From contig JBDTME010000001.1 of the NCBI GenBank assembly GCA_039934415.1, forward strand, positions 1 through 47,495: a stretch of 47,495 nt of DNA. Direction: 5' to 3'. Below, in pieces: positions 28,118 through 38,869 of this stretch (its first letter is position 1; each line of letters opens with the position of its first letter). The notes under the pieces were generated by a model. The model did not search any database. It had not been told where the DNA came from and worked only from the letters and a program-made list of their open reading frames with translations. The DNA is from Patescibacteria group bacterium. GTDB lineage: Bacteria; Patescibacteriota; Microgenomatia; UBA1400; PJMF01. A program made the position numbers and the translations under genes.

Positions 28118-28507
28118 ATGGCCAGACACATGACAGAGATCAGAGCTGAGATCATTTCCCAATTTGAGAAGCATCATCTCCTATCAGCAACAGAAATACA
28201 GAGTTCTCTAGAAAAGAAATTTCCTTCACTTAATAAGACAACTGTCTATCGTTCCCTTGATTTCTTTATTCAGACTGGACTCATTTGCCAGCACCAATTT
28301 GGTTTGAAAGAGGCTCTTTTTGAACTAAGAACACACCACCATGACCACCTAGTTTGTACTCACTGTGGACGTCTTCAAACTACTTCGTGTTTAACAGAGT
28401 TGCCAAAAGTGATTGATGGTTATCAAGTTGAACACCATCATCTAACTGTTTATGGGACATGTTTGGAGTGTCAAAAGAAAACACAGCCTACTATTTTTCA
28501 GGGATAA
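28118..28507 (+). CDS. Fur-family metalloregulator (Zur candidate)
   Basis: KTTVYRSLDFF helix, HHHDHLVCTHCG and YGTCLEC (two CxxC). Confidence 0.9.
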   Translation: MARHMTEIRAEIISQFEKHHLLSATEIQSSLEKKFPSLNKTTVYRSLDFFIQTGLICQHQFGLKEALFELRTHHHDHLVCTHCGRLQTTSCLTELPKVIDGYQVEHHHLTVYGTCLECQKKTQPTIFQG

Positions 28508-28688
28508 TCCATGCTGCGATGAAGTAGAGTGCAAACATAGGAACGAAGCCCGTTGATATGGTGATGATCATGACGGCTAATCGAATCAGCGAAACGTCTT
28601 GATTCATGTACTCAGCAACACCACTACAGACTCCAGCAATCATTTTTTCTTTACCAAGTGTCAGTTTTTTAGGTGATGTTTTTGCCAT
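28491..28688 (-). CDS. PspC-domain membrane protein
   Basis: KMIAGVCSGVAEY...IRL...ALYFIAAWIIPE. Confidence 0.9.
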   Translation of the reverse strand: MAKTSPKKLTLGKEKMIAGVCSGVAEYMNQDVSLIRLAVMIITISTGFVPMFALYFIAAWIIPEK

Positions 28689-28698
28689 ATAAGCTATT

Positions 28699-29004
28699 CT
28701 AGTTCTGAACGGTCGAGATTTCAACACCAACCAGCTCGATTAGAGGGTAATCTTTTTTGATTCTGTCCCAGAACTTTTCTGCAACTTTGTCAGAGTACTT
28801 CCCAAACATGCCGCGTTCCATACCTGAGCATAATCTATCTTCATACTCACGGATAATTTCCATGACTTGTTTCCCGATCTCATTGAACTCTTTTTGGAAC
28901 AATTTTCTATCTTGACGGTAAGTGTCATGAATCGTTTTAAACTGTTTGAAGAGTTCGTTATGCTCTTCTACCATTTGATTAAACGTTTGTGTGAATTTTG
29001 GCAT
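28699..29004 (-). CDS. Hypothetical helical protein, 101 aa
   Basis: Clean ORF upstream of the pspC-like gene, with conserved-looking EDRLCSGME..FGKYS..AEKFW. Confidence 0.7.
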   Translation of the reverse strand: MPKFTQTFNQMVEEHNELFKQFKTIHDTYRQDRKLFQKEFNEIGKQVMEIIREYEDRLCSGMERGMFGKYSDKVAEKFWDRIKKDYPLIELVGVEISTVQN

Positions 29005-29026
29005 TCAAAAATTGTACAATATGCCG

Positions 29027-30448
29027 ATGCCAATGCAAGCGGTGCTCATCATTTGTGTCTTGACGATTGTCTCGTCGGGTTTCGGGTTACTTGGTTTGTG
29101 GTATCCCCTCTTTAGTGTCGTTTTATTTGTTGTGCTCCTTTTTGCTGGAATTTGCTTGTTTCTGTATTTCTGTAAAGATTTTTTGACTCAGTTACGTTTT
29201 GGTGCATTTCACTATCTCCTTTTCTTGATGTTCGTTTTCACTGTATTTTTTCACTCGATTGGAATACTGGTGCCGGAGACCGGTTTCGATGCGTTGTGGT
29301 ATCACCTTCCACTCATTCAAGAATACTCGACTCAACACGCGTTAGTTCATGATGAACAGTTTTATCAAAGTTTATATCCACAGTATGGTGACGGGGTACT
29401 CTTACTGGGTTACATCTCGCTCGGCGTTATAGGGGCAAAATTAGTCTCGTTCATTTTTTTTCTCATCCTCAGTTTGACTGTATATGCTTGGCTGCGAAGA
29501 AAATTGAGTGTAGGAGATGCTTTACTTGGTGCCTTGGTTGTTGACCTTTTCCAAGTGGTGTCTTGGCAATCATCAAGTGCCTATGTCGATGTGATCAGTG
29601 CGGTTTTCTTTTTATGGTCCGTTGAGTATTTTTTCCTGGAAAAAAAAGAGTCAGGACTTTCTATACATTTTTTCACAGCAGCTTTGGCAACAGGTGTTTT
29701 TCTTGGAACAAAATTTATAAATTTGGGATTTTTACCACTCTACGTGTTACTCTCTTTCTTTCACATTCTGATGAAGTCAAGAGACAAGTCTGTTCAGAGA
29801 CAGATATCTGAGTTGATACTATTTTGGCTAGTCACCGTTAGTCTTGCGTTACCATGGTATTTGAGATCATGGTGGTTTACAGGCAGCTTAATCTATCCAA
29901 TTGGGACGATTTATGCAGTGCCAGTCATAGCACAGATGGGTGTGATCGGCTGGAAGGAATGGATTATGATCCGTGTTCAGAGTATCTGGCAGTTACCTTT
30001 TGAGTTCTTTTTCCGAAATGATGGCTACGTTACTCCATTACTCTTGCTATTCTCACTAGTTCTTTTAATGAAAAAAAGTTGGTCTCGCGAATTATTTCTG
30101 GGTACACTAACCGGTGGATATGGACTATTTTTTTGGTACTTCTTTCCTCCACCTTCTACCCGCTACGTATTAGGTCCAGTCATTGTGTTTTGGATTGTGA
30201 TGTACCAGGCAATCATTCATTTTTTTCAAAAGAGGCTAGTTTGGGTTCGTTTTATTAGATTATTGTGTGTGTTAAATGTGATGATGTTTTTATTAGTGAG
30301 AGTGTTTGTTACCACACGATCTGTCCCCTACCTTCTCCATTGGGAGAATCAGCAGCAGTATCTAGATCGATTCAGGAACGGTTTTTTGGATGAGAAAATT
30401 GATGCTTGGTACAGTAAAAGTGCTAAAGAGCGTACTCGTGCTCTTTGA
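29027..30448 (+). CDS. GT-C-like (PMT/ArnT-type) integral membrane glycosyltransferase
   Basis: Many TM segments; FDALWYHLP loop, [17 protein letters not shown] and RYVLG. TACAAT lies 6 nt before ATG 29027 (the ORF track starts at 28991). Confidence 0.7.
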   Translation: MPMQAVLIICVLTIVSSGFGLLGLWYPLFSVVLFVVLLFAGICLFLYFCKDFLTQLRFGAFHYLLFLMFVFTVFFHSIGILVPETGFDALWYHLPLIQEYSTQHALVHDEQFYQSLYPQYGDGVLLLGYISLGVIGAKLVSFIFFLILSLTVYAWLRRKLSVGDALLGALVVDLFQVVSWQSSSAYVDVISAVFFLWSVEYFFLEKKESGLSIHFFTAALATGVFLGTKFINLGFLPLYVLLSFFHILMKSRDKSVQRQISELILFWLVTVSLALPWYLRSWWFTGSLIYPIGTIYAVPVIAQMGVIGWKEWIMIRVQSIWQLPFEFFFRNDGYVTPLLLLFSLVLLMKKSWSRELFLGTLTGGYGLFFWYFFPPPSTRYVLGPVIVFWIVMYQAIIHFFQKRLVWVRFIRLLCVLNVMMFLLVRVFVTTRSVPYLLHWENQQQYLDRFRNGFLDEKIDAWYSKSAKERTRAL

Positions 30449-31478
30449 CTTTTTCAATCAAGGGCCGATTGAAATCGACGATCTTGCGCATCAATGTCAC
30501 AGTTTCTACAGGATAAGTACCATTGGTGGTTTCCTCTGACAGCATAACTGCGTCGGTGCCATCGAACACTGCGTTCGCAACATCACAAACTTCGGCTCTT
30601 GTTGGACGCGGATTTAACTCCATTGATTTCATCATTTGGGTGGCTGTAATCACAAATTTTTTGGCAGCGAGTGATTTAAAAATAATCTCTTTTTGCCGGA
30701 ATGCCAGCTCTTCCATGGGAATTTCTACTCCTAAATCGCCTCGCGCTACCATGATCGCATCTGCGTTTAAAATAATTTCATCAAGGTGATCTAATGCTGA
30801 CCGGTTTTCAATCTTGGCAACAATAGCAGAGTTAATCTTTCGTTTTTCCAGTTCAGCTTGCAACGCAGCGATATCAGTTTTATCCCTAACGAAAGATAAT
30901 GCTACTAAATCTACCGGATGATCATGAAGCATCTCTAGCTTTTCTATATCTGGAGGAATGAGTGATGGCATGTCAACAACTACACCTGGAGTGTTCATGG
31001 TTTTTCGATCTCTACAAACACAATTTCCTAAAGCTTTGGCTACAATCCGGTCTGGCTTCTTTTCAGTCACCTCAAATTCGCACATGCCATCTTCCAATGA
31101 GATAGAATTATTCATGTTCAATGAGTCAATAACTTTTTGAGGAATTTTAATCTGATTTTGGAGGTCAGATTGAAAAGTGGAAACAAAGTGAACCTGATCT
31201 CCTGTGCTGACGTCAAATGGTTTTTTATCAAGTAGATCTGTACGAATTTCTGGACCTTGTAGATCGAGTAAAATATCGACGCGTTTACCGAGCTTTTTAG
31301 CAGCAGCTCGAATTCTGTCAATTCTTTCTGCATGCCACTCAGTTGTTCCATGCTTTGTATTCAGGCGTGCCACATTCATGCCCGCTGAAATGAGAGCTTC
31401 TAACTTTTCTGGTGTGTCACTAACTGGACCAATCGTCGCCACTATTTTTGTAAACGCACCAGTTTGGGTATATTGCAT
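30423..31478 (-). CDS. pyk: Pyruvate kinase lacking the C-terminal regulatory domain (351 aa)
   Basis: [44 protein letters not shown] and [13 protein letters not shown]; AGGAG SD. Confidence 0.95.
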   Translation of the reverse strand: MQYTQTGAFTKIVATIGPVSDTPEKLEALISAGMNVARLNTKHGTTEWHAERIDRIRAAAKKLGKRVDILLDLQGPEIRTDLLDKKPFDVSTGDQVHFVSTFQSDLQNQIKIPQKVIDSLNMNNSISLEDGMCEFEVTEKKPDRIVAKALGNCVCRDRKTMNTPGVVVDMPSLIPPDIEKLEMLHDHPVDLVALSFVRDKTDIAALQAELEKRKINSAIVAKIENRSALDHLDEIILNADAIMVARGDLGVEIPMEELAFRQKEIIFKSLAAKKFVITATQMMKSMELNPRPTRAEVCDVANAVFDGTDAVMLSEETTNGTYPVETVTLMRKIVDFNRPLIEKVKEHEYAL

Positions 31479-31553
31479 ATGTATCTCCTGTTGAAAAATC
31501 GCTTAAACACTGTTAAGTTGTAGTGTCTTTACTGATATATGTCAAGGAGCTCT

Positions 31554-32093
31554 ATGGCTGATGATACCCAACAAAACTCTGATCAACCAATCAAATCTAC
31601 TAGTATGGCCGACACCGTTGATGAGCTGGTTGATAATGCTCTCAAAAAAGTGACTTCTAAAGATTCAAGTGATGAAGTGGAAGAGTCGGATAAACTGGCG
31701 GAGAGTTTAACTTCCTTGCAGAACCTGATCGAGCGCAATGCTAATGAACTAGATCGATTGAAGTCTGCTCAAAAAGAGTTGCGCGAAGGACTCAAGAACA
31801 TCTTCGAGAATGATGCCCAACTTGCTGAGGCTGAACAAAAAGCTCAGGAGTTGACTCAACAACTTCGACAACGCAAGGAGTCATTAGACAACACAACAGA
31901 GGTTCGTCAACTCAAGTTAAAACTGAGTGAACTCAAAGAGGAAATGAAAGAAATTGAGGAGACTTTAAATAATCACTTGATTAACCTGTTTCAGTTAACT
32001 GGCTCAAGTTCATTTGACACGAGCGACGGGGACCAACGTGAATTTGTTGTTCGCGCCAAAGTGAAGCCAAAAAAACCCTCAGCAAAAGAGTAA
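31554..32093 (+). CDS. Coiled-coil hypothetical protein
   Basis: Heptad-rich sequence; AAGGAG precedes ATG 31554 (the ORF track starts at 31539). Confidence 0.75.
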   Translation: MADDTQQNSDQPIKSTSMADTVDELVDNALKKVTSKDSSDEVEESDKLAESLTSLQNLIERNANELDRLKSAQKELREGLKNIFENDAQLAEAEQKAQELTQQLRQRKESLDNTTEVRQLKLKLSELKEEMKEIEETLNNHLINLFQLTGSSSFDTSDGDQREFVVRAKVKPKKPSAKE

Positions 32094-32122
32094 TCCTTTT
32101 AGATGACGAGCAAAGTTTGTGA

Positions 32123-33355
32123 TTAGAGTGCTTGAACCTGCTCTATAGTCTTTGCTGTTTTTTTGTGCATTATGGTTTCAGTAAATGTTGTCGATAGCGT
32201 TTCTCTCCCTGCTTTAGCTAGCTTGTGCCGAAGTGCAGCGTCTAAATGGAGTAAACGTATCTTGTTTGCCAGGTCATTTGCGCTATGTGGGATAAAGTGT
32301 AAGCCGTTTTTGTTATTTGTGATAATTTCTTTTTGTGGTCCGAAATGTGTAGTAATGATGGGAACTTCTACCGACATTCCTTCCAAAGGTGTCATCCCAA
32401 ACCCATCCAGCTCCCAAGCTCTCGCAAAGATAAATAAGTCTGAAGTTGCAACCAAAGCCAGCTTTTTTTGCTGTGAAACAAATCCTGTGAAAACAATGTC
32501 GCTGTCTATTTTTAGTGATCTGCTTAGTTCTTGAAACCTTTTTTTGTCCGGACCATCTCCAATCACAACTACTAATAATCTCTGGTGAAAATTCTTGTGA
32601 AAAATTCCAACTGCTTTAAGTAGTACATCTACTTCATTTTCTTGCGCCATGCGGCCGATGAAGCTAATCACGAACACCTTTTCAAATTTGAAGGTTTTTC
32701 TCCATTTCATTCCAAGCTGCTTAAATTTTTGTATTTCTTTCAAATTGGGGGAAGTAACCCCAGGATAAATAACTTCAATTTTATCTCCACAGATTTCGCC
32801 GGTGCTCATCATGCTCTTTTTTGTCCATAGCGAGGTTGTTATAAAATGATCTGGTAGATGTTGGGTTTGTCGATAGAGTAGTTTTGGAAATCCCCAATTT
32901 TTTTTGAACGTTGACTCAAGTGGCCCAATCTCAATCCAGATTAGCTTGCACTGAAAGAGCTTTGCCAATGGGGAGAATAGTAATCGGTCGCTGAAGCCAG
33001 CCCAGTAGCAAATGAGTTCAGAGTGGTTCTTTGTTAAGTGCCAGAGTATACGTATTTGCCAGATTAGAGCAAAAGGAGCCCAGATTAAGAACTTGACCAG
33101 TCCTTTCCAGTTCCCTATCGCATCGAGTACAAATGGAAATGAGATAATACTAAAGTCGGTCAAGTGAAATTGCTTTTTGGCGTTTTCAAATTGTTCCCGA
33201 ACTTTAGCATTATTTGTCGCAAGGCAAATAGGGTGACCCAATTGTGATAAATAGCATAGATTTGAGAGCATGTACTGCTCTGCACCCCCAAAAGCTGGGC
33301 TATCCAGAATGCTATAGATTTGTGGAAGTCTTTTTTTTCTTTTTAAAATAGGCAT
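32123..33355 (-). CDS. GT4 family glycosyltransferase
   Basis: FGGAEQY, GRMAQENEV and DGFGMTPLEGM (variant of the ExFGxxxxEA motif). Confidence 0.9.
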   Translation of the reverse strand: MPILKRKKRLPQIYSILDSPAFGGAEQYMLSNLCYLSQLGHPICLATNNAKVREQFENAKKQFHLTDFSIISFPFVLDAIGNWKGLVKFLIWAPFALIWQIRILWHLTKNHSELICYWAGFSDRLLFSPLAKLFQCKLIWIEIGPLESTFKKNWGFPKLLYRQTQHLPDHFITTSLWTKKSMMSTGEICGDKIEVIYPGVTSPNLKEIQKFKQLGMKWRKTFKFEKVFVISFIGRMAQENEVDVLLKAVGIFHKNFHQRLLVVVIGDGPDKKRFQELSRSLKIDSDIVFTGFVSQQKKLALVATSDLFIFARAWELDGFGMTPLEGMSVEVPIITTHFGPQKEIITNNKNGLHFIPHSANDLANKIRLLHLDAALRHKLAKAGRETLSTTFTETIMHKKTAKTIEQVQAL

Positions 33356-34514
33356 GGATGGTATCGGAAATGTAATGCAAATCTTGCTGATTTAAATACT
33401 GATGACAACCAATGTAAAGTCCTGAACGATTAATCTTTTTTGCTTGAGGAAATTGATGTTCAATATTGCCAAATAACCTTTTATAGATGGGTTGGGTTAA
33501 TAGGGGCATAAGGTAACGTGTCTCGATCTGATGTGACTCTAGATAACGAATAAAAGCAGCTTTTGATTCTTTTTTCAATAATAATGGAAAGAGCATGAAC
33601 GAGTGTGTTCTACCTTCTGGTATTGATGGAAGTTGGAGCTCCTCTTGTAGGTCATTTAGTAATTTGATGAGTGTCAACGCATTTTTTTGACGTGAGGATA
33701 CAATATCTGGCAAATCAGGTAACTGAGCGCAACCCAGTGCAGCTTCCAACTCGGTACAGCGCGCACTGTGACCGACGGAAGTGTAGCGAAATCGTCTCTC
33801 AACAATGTCAAATAGCTTATTCCCTTTTGCAACATCATCTTGGTCAATATTCAGGTAGGCGAAGTCGCGACCATGATTCATCAGACTTCTCATCCTCAGT
33901 GCTAGATTCTCATCGCTAGTGGTGGCTAATCCCCCCACACCTGTGACAAGCAAATGAGCAACGTATGTAGAGAAGCAGCCGATATCACCGAGTGAACCCA
34001 CTTTTTTACCATGATACTCAGCCAACATTGATTCACAGCTGTCCTCTACTATTTTCAAGTGATGTTTTTTGGCTATTGCCCAAAGAGGATCCATATCACA
34101 TGGTAAACCCATGAGGTGAACTGGCATGATTGCTCGTGTTCTTGGAGTAATTGCGTTTTCTACAGCAACGGGGTCAATATTGTAAGTCGCCAGGTCTACG
34201 TCTACAAAAACAGGTTTCAGATTATTCTGTAAAATGACATTGGATGAGGCAATGAACGTGATGGCAGGGACTATGACCTCATCATCATCTCTCCACTTTT
34301 CTCTTTCTTTTAGCGCTTGAACTGCAATTTGAAGTGCTGTGGTCCCACTATTGCAAAACACTGCATACTTAGAATCGTGCATTGTTGCGAATTCTTGTTC
34401 AAATTGTCTACTCAACGGTCCGTATGAAAGTCTATTATTCTCTAGAACTTGGTTAACAAGTTGCTTTGCTTTCTGGCTAATGATGAGTCCACCAACTGCA
34501 ATTTTGTTATGCAT
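33312..34514 (-). CDS. DegT/DnrJ-fold PLP enzyme, probably a ColD-like 3-dehydratase
   Basis: NSGTTAL, PVHLMG and EDSCES; the catalytic position reads STYVAHLLVTG, with His (33954-33956) instead of Lys. Confidence 0.85.
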   Translation of the reverse strand: MHNKIAVGGLIISQKAKQLVNQVLENNRLSYGPLSRQFEQEFATMHDSKYAVFCNSGTTALQIAVQALKEREKWRDDDEVIVPAITFIASSNVILQNNLKPVFVDVDLATYNIDPVAVENAITPRTRAIMPVHLMGLPCDMDPLWAIAKKHHLKIVEDSCESMLAEYHGKKVGSLGDIGCFSTYVAHLLVTGVGGLATTSDENLALRMRSLMNHGRDFAYLNIDQDDVAKGNKLFDIVERRFRYTSVGHSARCTELEAALGCAQLPDLPDIVSSRQKNALTLIKLLNDLQEELQLPSIPEGRTHSFMLFPLLLKKESKAAFIRYLESHQIETRYLMPLLTQPIYKRLFGNIEHQFPQAKKINRSGLYIGCHQYLNQQDLHYISDTIHAYFKKKKKTSTNL

Positions 34515-34709
34515 ATTGAGGCTTATAGTAAATAAGTTTCTAATTTTGGCAATAAATGAAGTTTATTGCTAGATGCTTTGAAACGGTATTTTTGTTTGAT
34601 CAACCAGTGTAAAAAACTAGGCTAACTTGGCATCAACTCTCAAGCAAGCATTCTTCGTCCTATAATATTTCTACCACTGCAGTGATGTTTTAAGTGATAT
34701 TTCAATTCA

Positions 34710-35441
34710 TTAAGACTTCTTTTTGAGTAGTAATAATTTTTCTAATTCTTCGTCTGTTAATACTCTAAATTCACCCTTTTTGAGCTCGCCTAACTCTAAT
34801 GGGCCCATTTTAACTCGAATGAGACGTAGTACTTCATATCCAATCCTATTCACCATCCGTTTTACTTGGTGCTTTTTCCCCTCAGAGATTACTATCTCAA
34901 GCCAAGTGTTCTTGTTTTCATGCTTCATTATGGTAATTTTCACGGGTTTGACATACTCGTCTTTTAACTTCACTCCTCTTTTGAGATGGTCTAATGCGCG
35001 AGTTGAAGGAATACCTTGTAAGAGTACCTGGTATGTTTTTTCAATTTCAAATTTAGGATGAGTGAGAATATACGTCAAATCTCCATCATTTGTCAGCAGT
35101 AAGAGCCCTTCACTATCTTGATCTAATCTACCGACAGGGTATAAACCTGTCCTGAGCTCTTCAGGAAGTAGCTCTAAGACTGTTTTCCGTTCCAGTTCGT
35201 CACTGGTGGTTGAAACGAAGCCAACCGGTTTATGGATGATATAGTACGATAAAACACTAGAGACTGAAATCAGTTTTCCTCTATATCGAATCTTATCTTT
35301 TTGCACTGAAATTCGTTGCCCGATATGGGCAGGTTGATCGTTTACTGTCACTAGAGCTTCTTCGATGAGCTTTTCAGCGCCTCTTCTTGAAGAAACTCCA
35401 GAGTGAGCAAGAAATGATTGTAGCTTAATTGTAGTTTGCAC
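34710..35441 (-). CDS. rRNA pseudouridine synthase (RluB/RsuA family, S4 domain)
   Basis: SRRGAEKLI, HKPVG, PVGRLDQDSEGLLLLTNDG and EGKKHQVKRM. Confidence 0.95.
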   Translation of the reverse strand: MQTTIKLQSFLAHSGVSSRRGAEKLIEEALVTVNDQPAHIGQRISVQKDKIRYRGKLISVSSVLSYYIIHKPVGFVSTTSDELERKTVLELLPEELRTGLYPVGRLDQDSEGLLLLTNDGDLTYILTHPKFEIEKTYQVLLQGIPSTRALDHLKRGVKLKDEYVKPVKITIMKHENKNTWLEIVISEGKKHQVKRMVNRIGYEVLRLIRVKMGPLELGELKKGEFRVLTDEELEKLLLLKKKS

Positions 35442-35555
35442 GAGAGCTATCTTACCATGAATGGGTATTAGCCAAGCAGACAGAAAAGATCTAGTTGATC
35501 TTTTCTTGAGAAATTTTTACTATTATACATGTAATACTATCTACTCACTTTATTT

Positions 35556-35837
35556 ATGCCTGCCAAACGCAAAAGTACACCACCACACTCAAAGAAAAAA
35601 AACAGAACCTCTTCCAGAAACAATGCACTTGTTCATCACTACGTTGAACAGCGAGACGAGTTTTACAAAACACACCCGAGAATCAGGGTTTTATTGGGTT
35701 TGTTAATCGTCTCATTTGCAATGGCGATTGGTATTTTGTACTACAACAAAACCTTGGTCTACATCGGTCTGACTCTAGATTCTGAGTACGGTATCCGATA
35801 TCCAGTGGTTGAATCAGGGGCAGTCAGTAAGAAATAG
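35556..35837 (+). CDS. Small single-TM hypothetical protein
   Basis: Basic N-terminus and one hydrophobic helix; converges on secA. Confidence 0.65.
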   Translation: MPAKRKSTPPHSKKKNRTSSRNNALVHHYVEQRDEFYKTHPRIRVLLGLLIVSFAMAIGILYYNKTLVYIGLTLDSEYGIRYPVVESGAVSKK

Positions 35838-35852
35838 AGTTTTTTTTCTCCG

Positions 35853-38717
35853 TTATCCTCTGTGTGAAGGCGCATTGACCATTCCGCACTTTTTCCATTT
35901 TTTGCCAGAACCACATGGACAGGGGTCGTTGCGTCCAATTTTTGCTTGCGCAACCCCTGGGGTAGGTTTAGCAACTGCAGTAGCCTTATTCATTGCTTGT
36001 GCAAGATCGGAAAGATTTCCCGAGCGACTCTTTGGTACAGCAATACCTTTTTGTTCTTGTTGGACAGTTTTGAGTAAGTCACTTTCATCTTTCTGTTCAC
36101 GAGTGTTTGAGATGTTAATGGCTGGCTGCATAGGTTGATTGACCTGTACGCGAAAAACTCGCTTTGCGACTTCAGATTCAATTCGGTTAATCAAAGTATC
36201 AAACATACCAAAGGCTTCTTTTTTATACTCACTGAGTACTGTCTGTTTATCACCACGTAGCCAGATTCCATCGCGCAGACTTTGGATATCGTCCAGATGA
36301 TCCATCCACATTTGATCGAGTGTGGATAAAACGACATACCGTTCTAGTTGATGTGAAGTGGCCTTACCGAGTTGTTTTTCTCGTTGCTGATATGTTTTTT
36401 CGACGACTGAACTCAGTTCGTCCACAATTGCTTCAGCACTTCCCTGTTTCAAGAGTTGTTGGCGTAACTGAGCTTGAGAAGCATCATCAAATGGGATGAT
36501 GGTGATAAACTCTTTTACAATTGCGTCCATTTCATCTTCTGTGAATTGATCAGGAGCTCGCATGGAAACTAACGTTTGAATCTCGTCTTTAATCCAGCCC
36601 ATGATCTCAGTTTTCAAAGAATCTTGTTCATCGGTCTTTTCAGATTGAGCCGCCTTTTCAGATCGTTCGAGCAGGCGTTTTCGTCGTTTGTAGATGATCT
36701 CGCGCTGTTTATTCATGACATCATCAAATTCAACTAAGCGCTTACGTTGATCAAAGAAAAACCCTTCGACCTTGATTTGGGCACTCTCGATTGCTTTACT
36801 GATCATGCCATGTTCAATTGGTTGATCTTCTTCTATCTTAAGAAAGTCCATGACTTTAGAAATCTGTTCTCCGCCGAACAGGCGCATAATTTCGTCTTCT
36901 AATGAAACGTAGAAACGCGATGAGCCTGGATCACCTTGTCGACCAGAGCGACCACGCAATTGATTGTCAATACGGCGAGATTCATGACGTTCACTACCGA
37001 TGACGTGCAGTCCACCAAGTGCAACAACCTCATCATGTCCTTTTTCCCAAGCGTCGACGGCTTTCTGATATGCTTTTTTATCGGGAACGCGTTTTTTGGC
37101 ACTGTCACTTACTGGAGTGAAATCTTTGATTTCAGGTCTTGAACCACCTAGTACGATGTCAACACCGCGGCCAGCGATATTAGTTGCAACAGTGATCTGA
37201 CCTTTTTTACCAGCGTCAGCAATTATAAATGCTTCTCGCTCGTGATTCTTGGCATTTAATACTTCATGGGGAATACCTTTACGTTTCAGATAATCTGAAA
37301 TGATTTGGTTATGATCAATGGATCTAGTTCCAACCAATACTGGCTGTCCCATTTTTTGTTTTTCTGCAATTTCTTGGACGATAGCACCATACTTTGCTCT
37401 GGTTGTTTTATAGATCATGTCAGGGTGATCGATACGCACAATCTTTCGATGAGTGGGAATAGGTAATACGTCAACTTCATAAATCTTTTTGAATTCTTCG
37501 CTCTCAGTAATGGCTGTTCCAGACATACCTGATAACTTGTCATATAAACGGAAGTAATTCTGCAGGGATATTGTCGCTAGTGTCCGAGACTCTTGTTGAA
37601 TAGTAGCGCCTTCTTTTGCTTCAATTGCTTGGTGCAGTCCATCAGAGTACCGTCGACCATACATGAGACGACCGGTATGTTCATCAACGATGATGACTTC
37701 ATTCTCTTTGACAATGTACTCTTTATCACGATGGTAGAGCGTTTTAGCTTTTAAAGCAGATTCAACATGGTGAATGGTGTCAAAGCTTTCTTCGTACAGA
37801 TTCTTGATACCCAGTTTTTGCTCAACTCTTTTGACACCAAGGTCAGTAAGTGTGACGGATTTCATTTTTTCATCAACTTTAAAGTCACTCTCTTCTGATA
37901 ACGACTGAATCAAACGTGCAAAATCGTAGTATTTATTGGTTGGTTCTGAATCCGGAGCTGAAATAATCAAAGGAGTGCGGGCTTCGTCAATCAAGATAGA
38001 GTCAGCTTCGTCTACAATAGAATAGTAGTGCTCACGCTGAACCATGTCTTCTTTGCTTTGTGCCATGTTGTCGCGCAGATAATCAAAGCCAAATTCGTTA
38101 TTTGTTCCATAGGTAATATCCGCAGCGTACGCTTCTTTACGTGTAATTGGTTTGAAGTGTTCGAGACGATCATCTCCTTTTTCAGGACCATAGAAATCAG
38201 GATCGAAAAGATAGGCTGCGTCATTGATAATGACGCCGACAGTGACATCTAATGCGTGATAAATTGGTCCCATCCAACCAGCGCCAATTTGTGATAGGTA
38301 ATCATTGACTGTGACCAGGTGCGTACCTTTTTCTAACAAAGAATTTAAGTAGAGCGCCAGTGTGGCTGAAAGTGTTTTTCCTTCACCTGTTTTCTGTTCA
38401 GTGATCATTCCATAGTGGAATGACATACCGGCAATGAGCTGAACGTCGTAGTGACGCAGACCGAGTGTTCGTTTGCCCGCTTCACGTACGGCGGCAAAAG
38501 CTTCTGGTAAAATAATCTCGAGGGCTTGTGCTTCAGTTTTGTTTTGTTTGAGAAGACTTTGAATCTCAACTTTGAATTGTGCAGTTTTTTTCTTAAGATC
38601 TTCATCTGATAGATCTTCATATACTGCTTCGAGTTGATTAATCTGATCAACTGCAGTTTGATATTTTTTGATTTTTTTTGAATGTTCGTCAAAAAGTTTG
38701 GAGAAAATATTCAACAT
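35853..38717 (-). CDS. secA: Preprotein translocase ATPase SecA
   Basis: QKTGEGKTL, DEADSILIDEARTPLIIS, ATNIAGRGVDI, QLRGRSGRQGDPG and SEC-C motif GRNDPCPCGSGKKWKKC. Confidence 0.98.
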   Translation of the reverse strand: MLNIFSKLFDEHSKKIKKYQTAVDQINQLEAVYEDLSDEDLKKKTAQFKVEIQSLLKQNKTEAQALEIILPEAFAAVREAGKRTLGLRHYDVQLIAGMSFHYGMITEQKTGEGKTLSATLALYLNSLLEKGTHLVTVNDYLSQIGAGWMGPIYHALDVTVGVIINDAAYLFDPDFYGPEKGDDRLEHFKPITRKEAYAADITYGTNNEFGFDYLRDNMAQSKEDMVQREHYYSIVDEADSILIDEARTPLIISAPDSEPTNKYYDFARLIQSLSEESDFKVDEKMKSVTLTDLGVKRVEQKLGIKNLYEESFDTIHHVESALKAKTLYHRDKEYIVKENEVIIVDEHTGRLMYGRRYSDGLHQAIEAKEGATIQQESRTLATISLQNYFRLYDKLSGMSGTAITESEEFKKIYEVDVLPIPTHRKIVRIDHPDMIYKTTRAKYGAIVQEIAEKQKMGQPVLVGTRSIDHNQIISDYLKRKGIPHEVLNAKNHEREAFIIADAGKKGQITVATNIAGRGVDIVLGGSRPEIKDFTPVSDSAKKRVPDKKAYQKAVDAWEKGHDEVVALGGLHVIGSERHESRRIDNQLRGRSGRQGDPGSSRFYVSLEDEIMRLFGGEQISKVMDFLKIEEDQPIEHGMISKAIESAQIKVEGFFFDQRKRLVEFDDVMNKQREIIYKRRKRLLERSEKAAQSEKTDEQDSLKTEIMGWIKDEIQTLVSMRAPDQFTEDEMDAIVKEFITIIPFDDASQAQLRQQLLKQGSAEAIVDELSSVVEKTYQQREKQLGKATSHQLERYVVLSTLDQMWMDHLDDIQSLRDGIWLRGDKQTVLSEYKKEAFGMFDTLINRIESEVAKRVFRVQVNQPMQPAINISNTREQKDESDLLKTVQQEQKGIAVPKSRSGNLSDLAQAMNKATAVAKPTPGVAQAKIGRNDPCPCGSGKKWKKCGMVNAPSHRG

Positions 38718-38869
38718 AAGCTCATTATTATAGTACTAAATATCACTTGAATCTACTTTCGAAGCTTACCTACCGGCAAGGTATGGAAGATCATAGCAGA
38801 ATAGAATAGAGTTTGCCAACAGAGAATTCCTTATTATTCTGTGAATAAATTTACTGTAAAGTACAAACC

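Noticed and set aside
33326-33344. A8-containing tract at the GT4 5' end as a phase-variation switch
   Set aside because: The run is short, such tracts are common in this AT-rich sequence, it encodes Lys in both overlapping frames, and both ORFs are intact.
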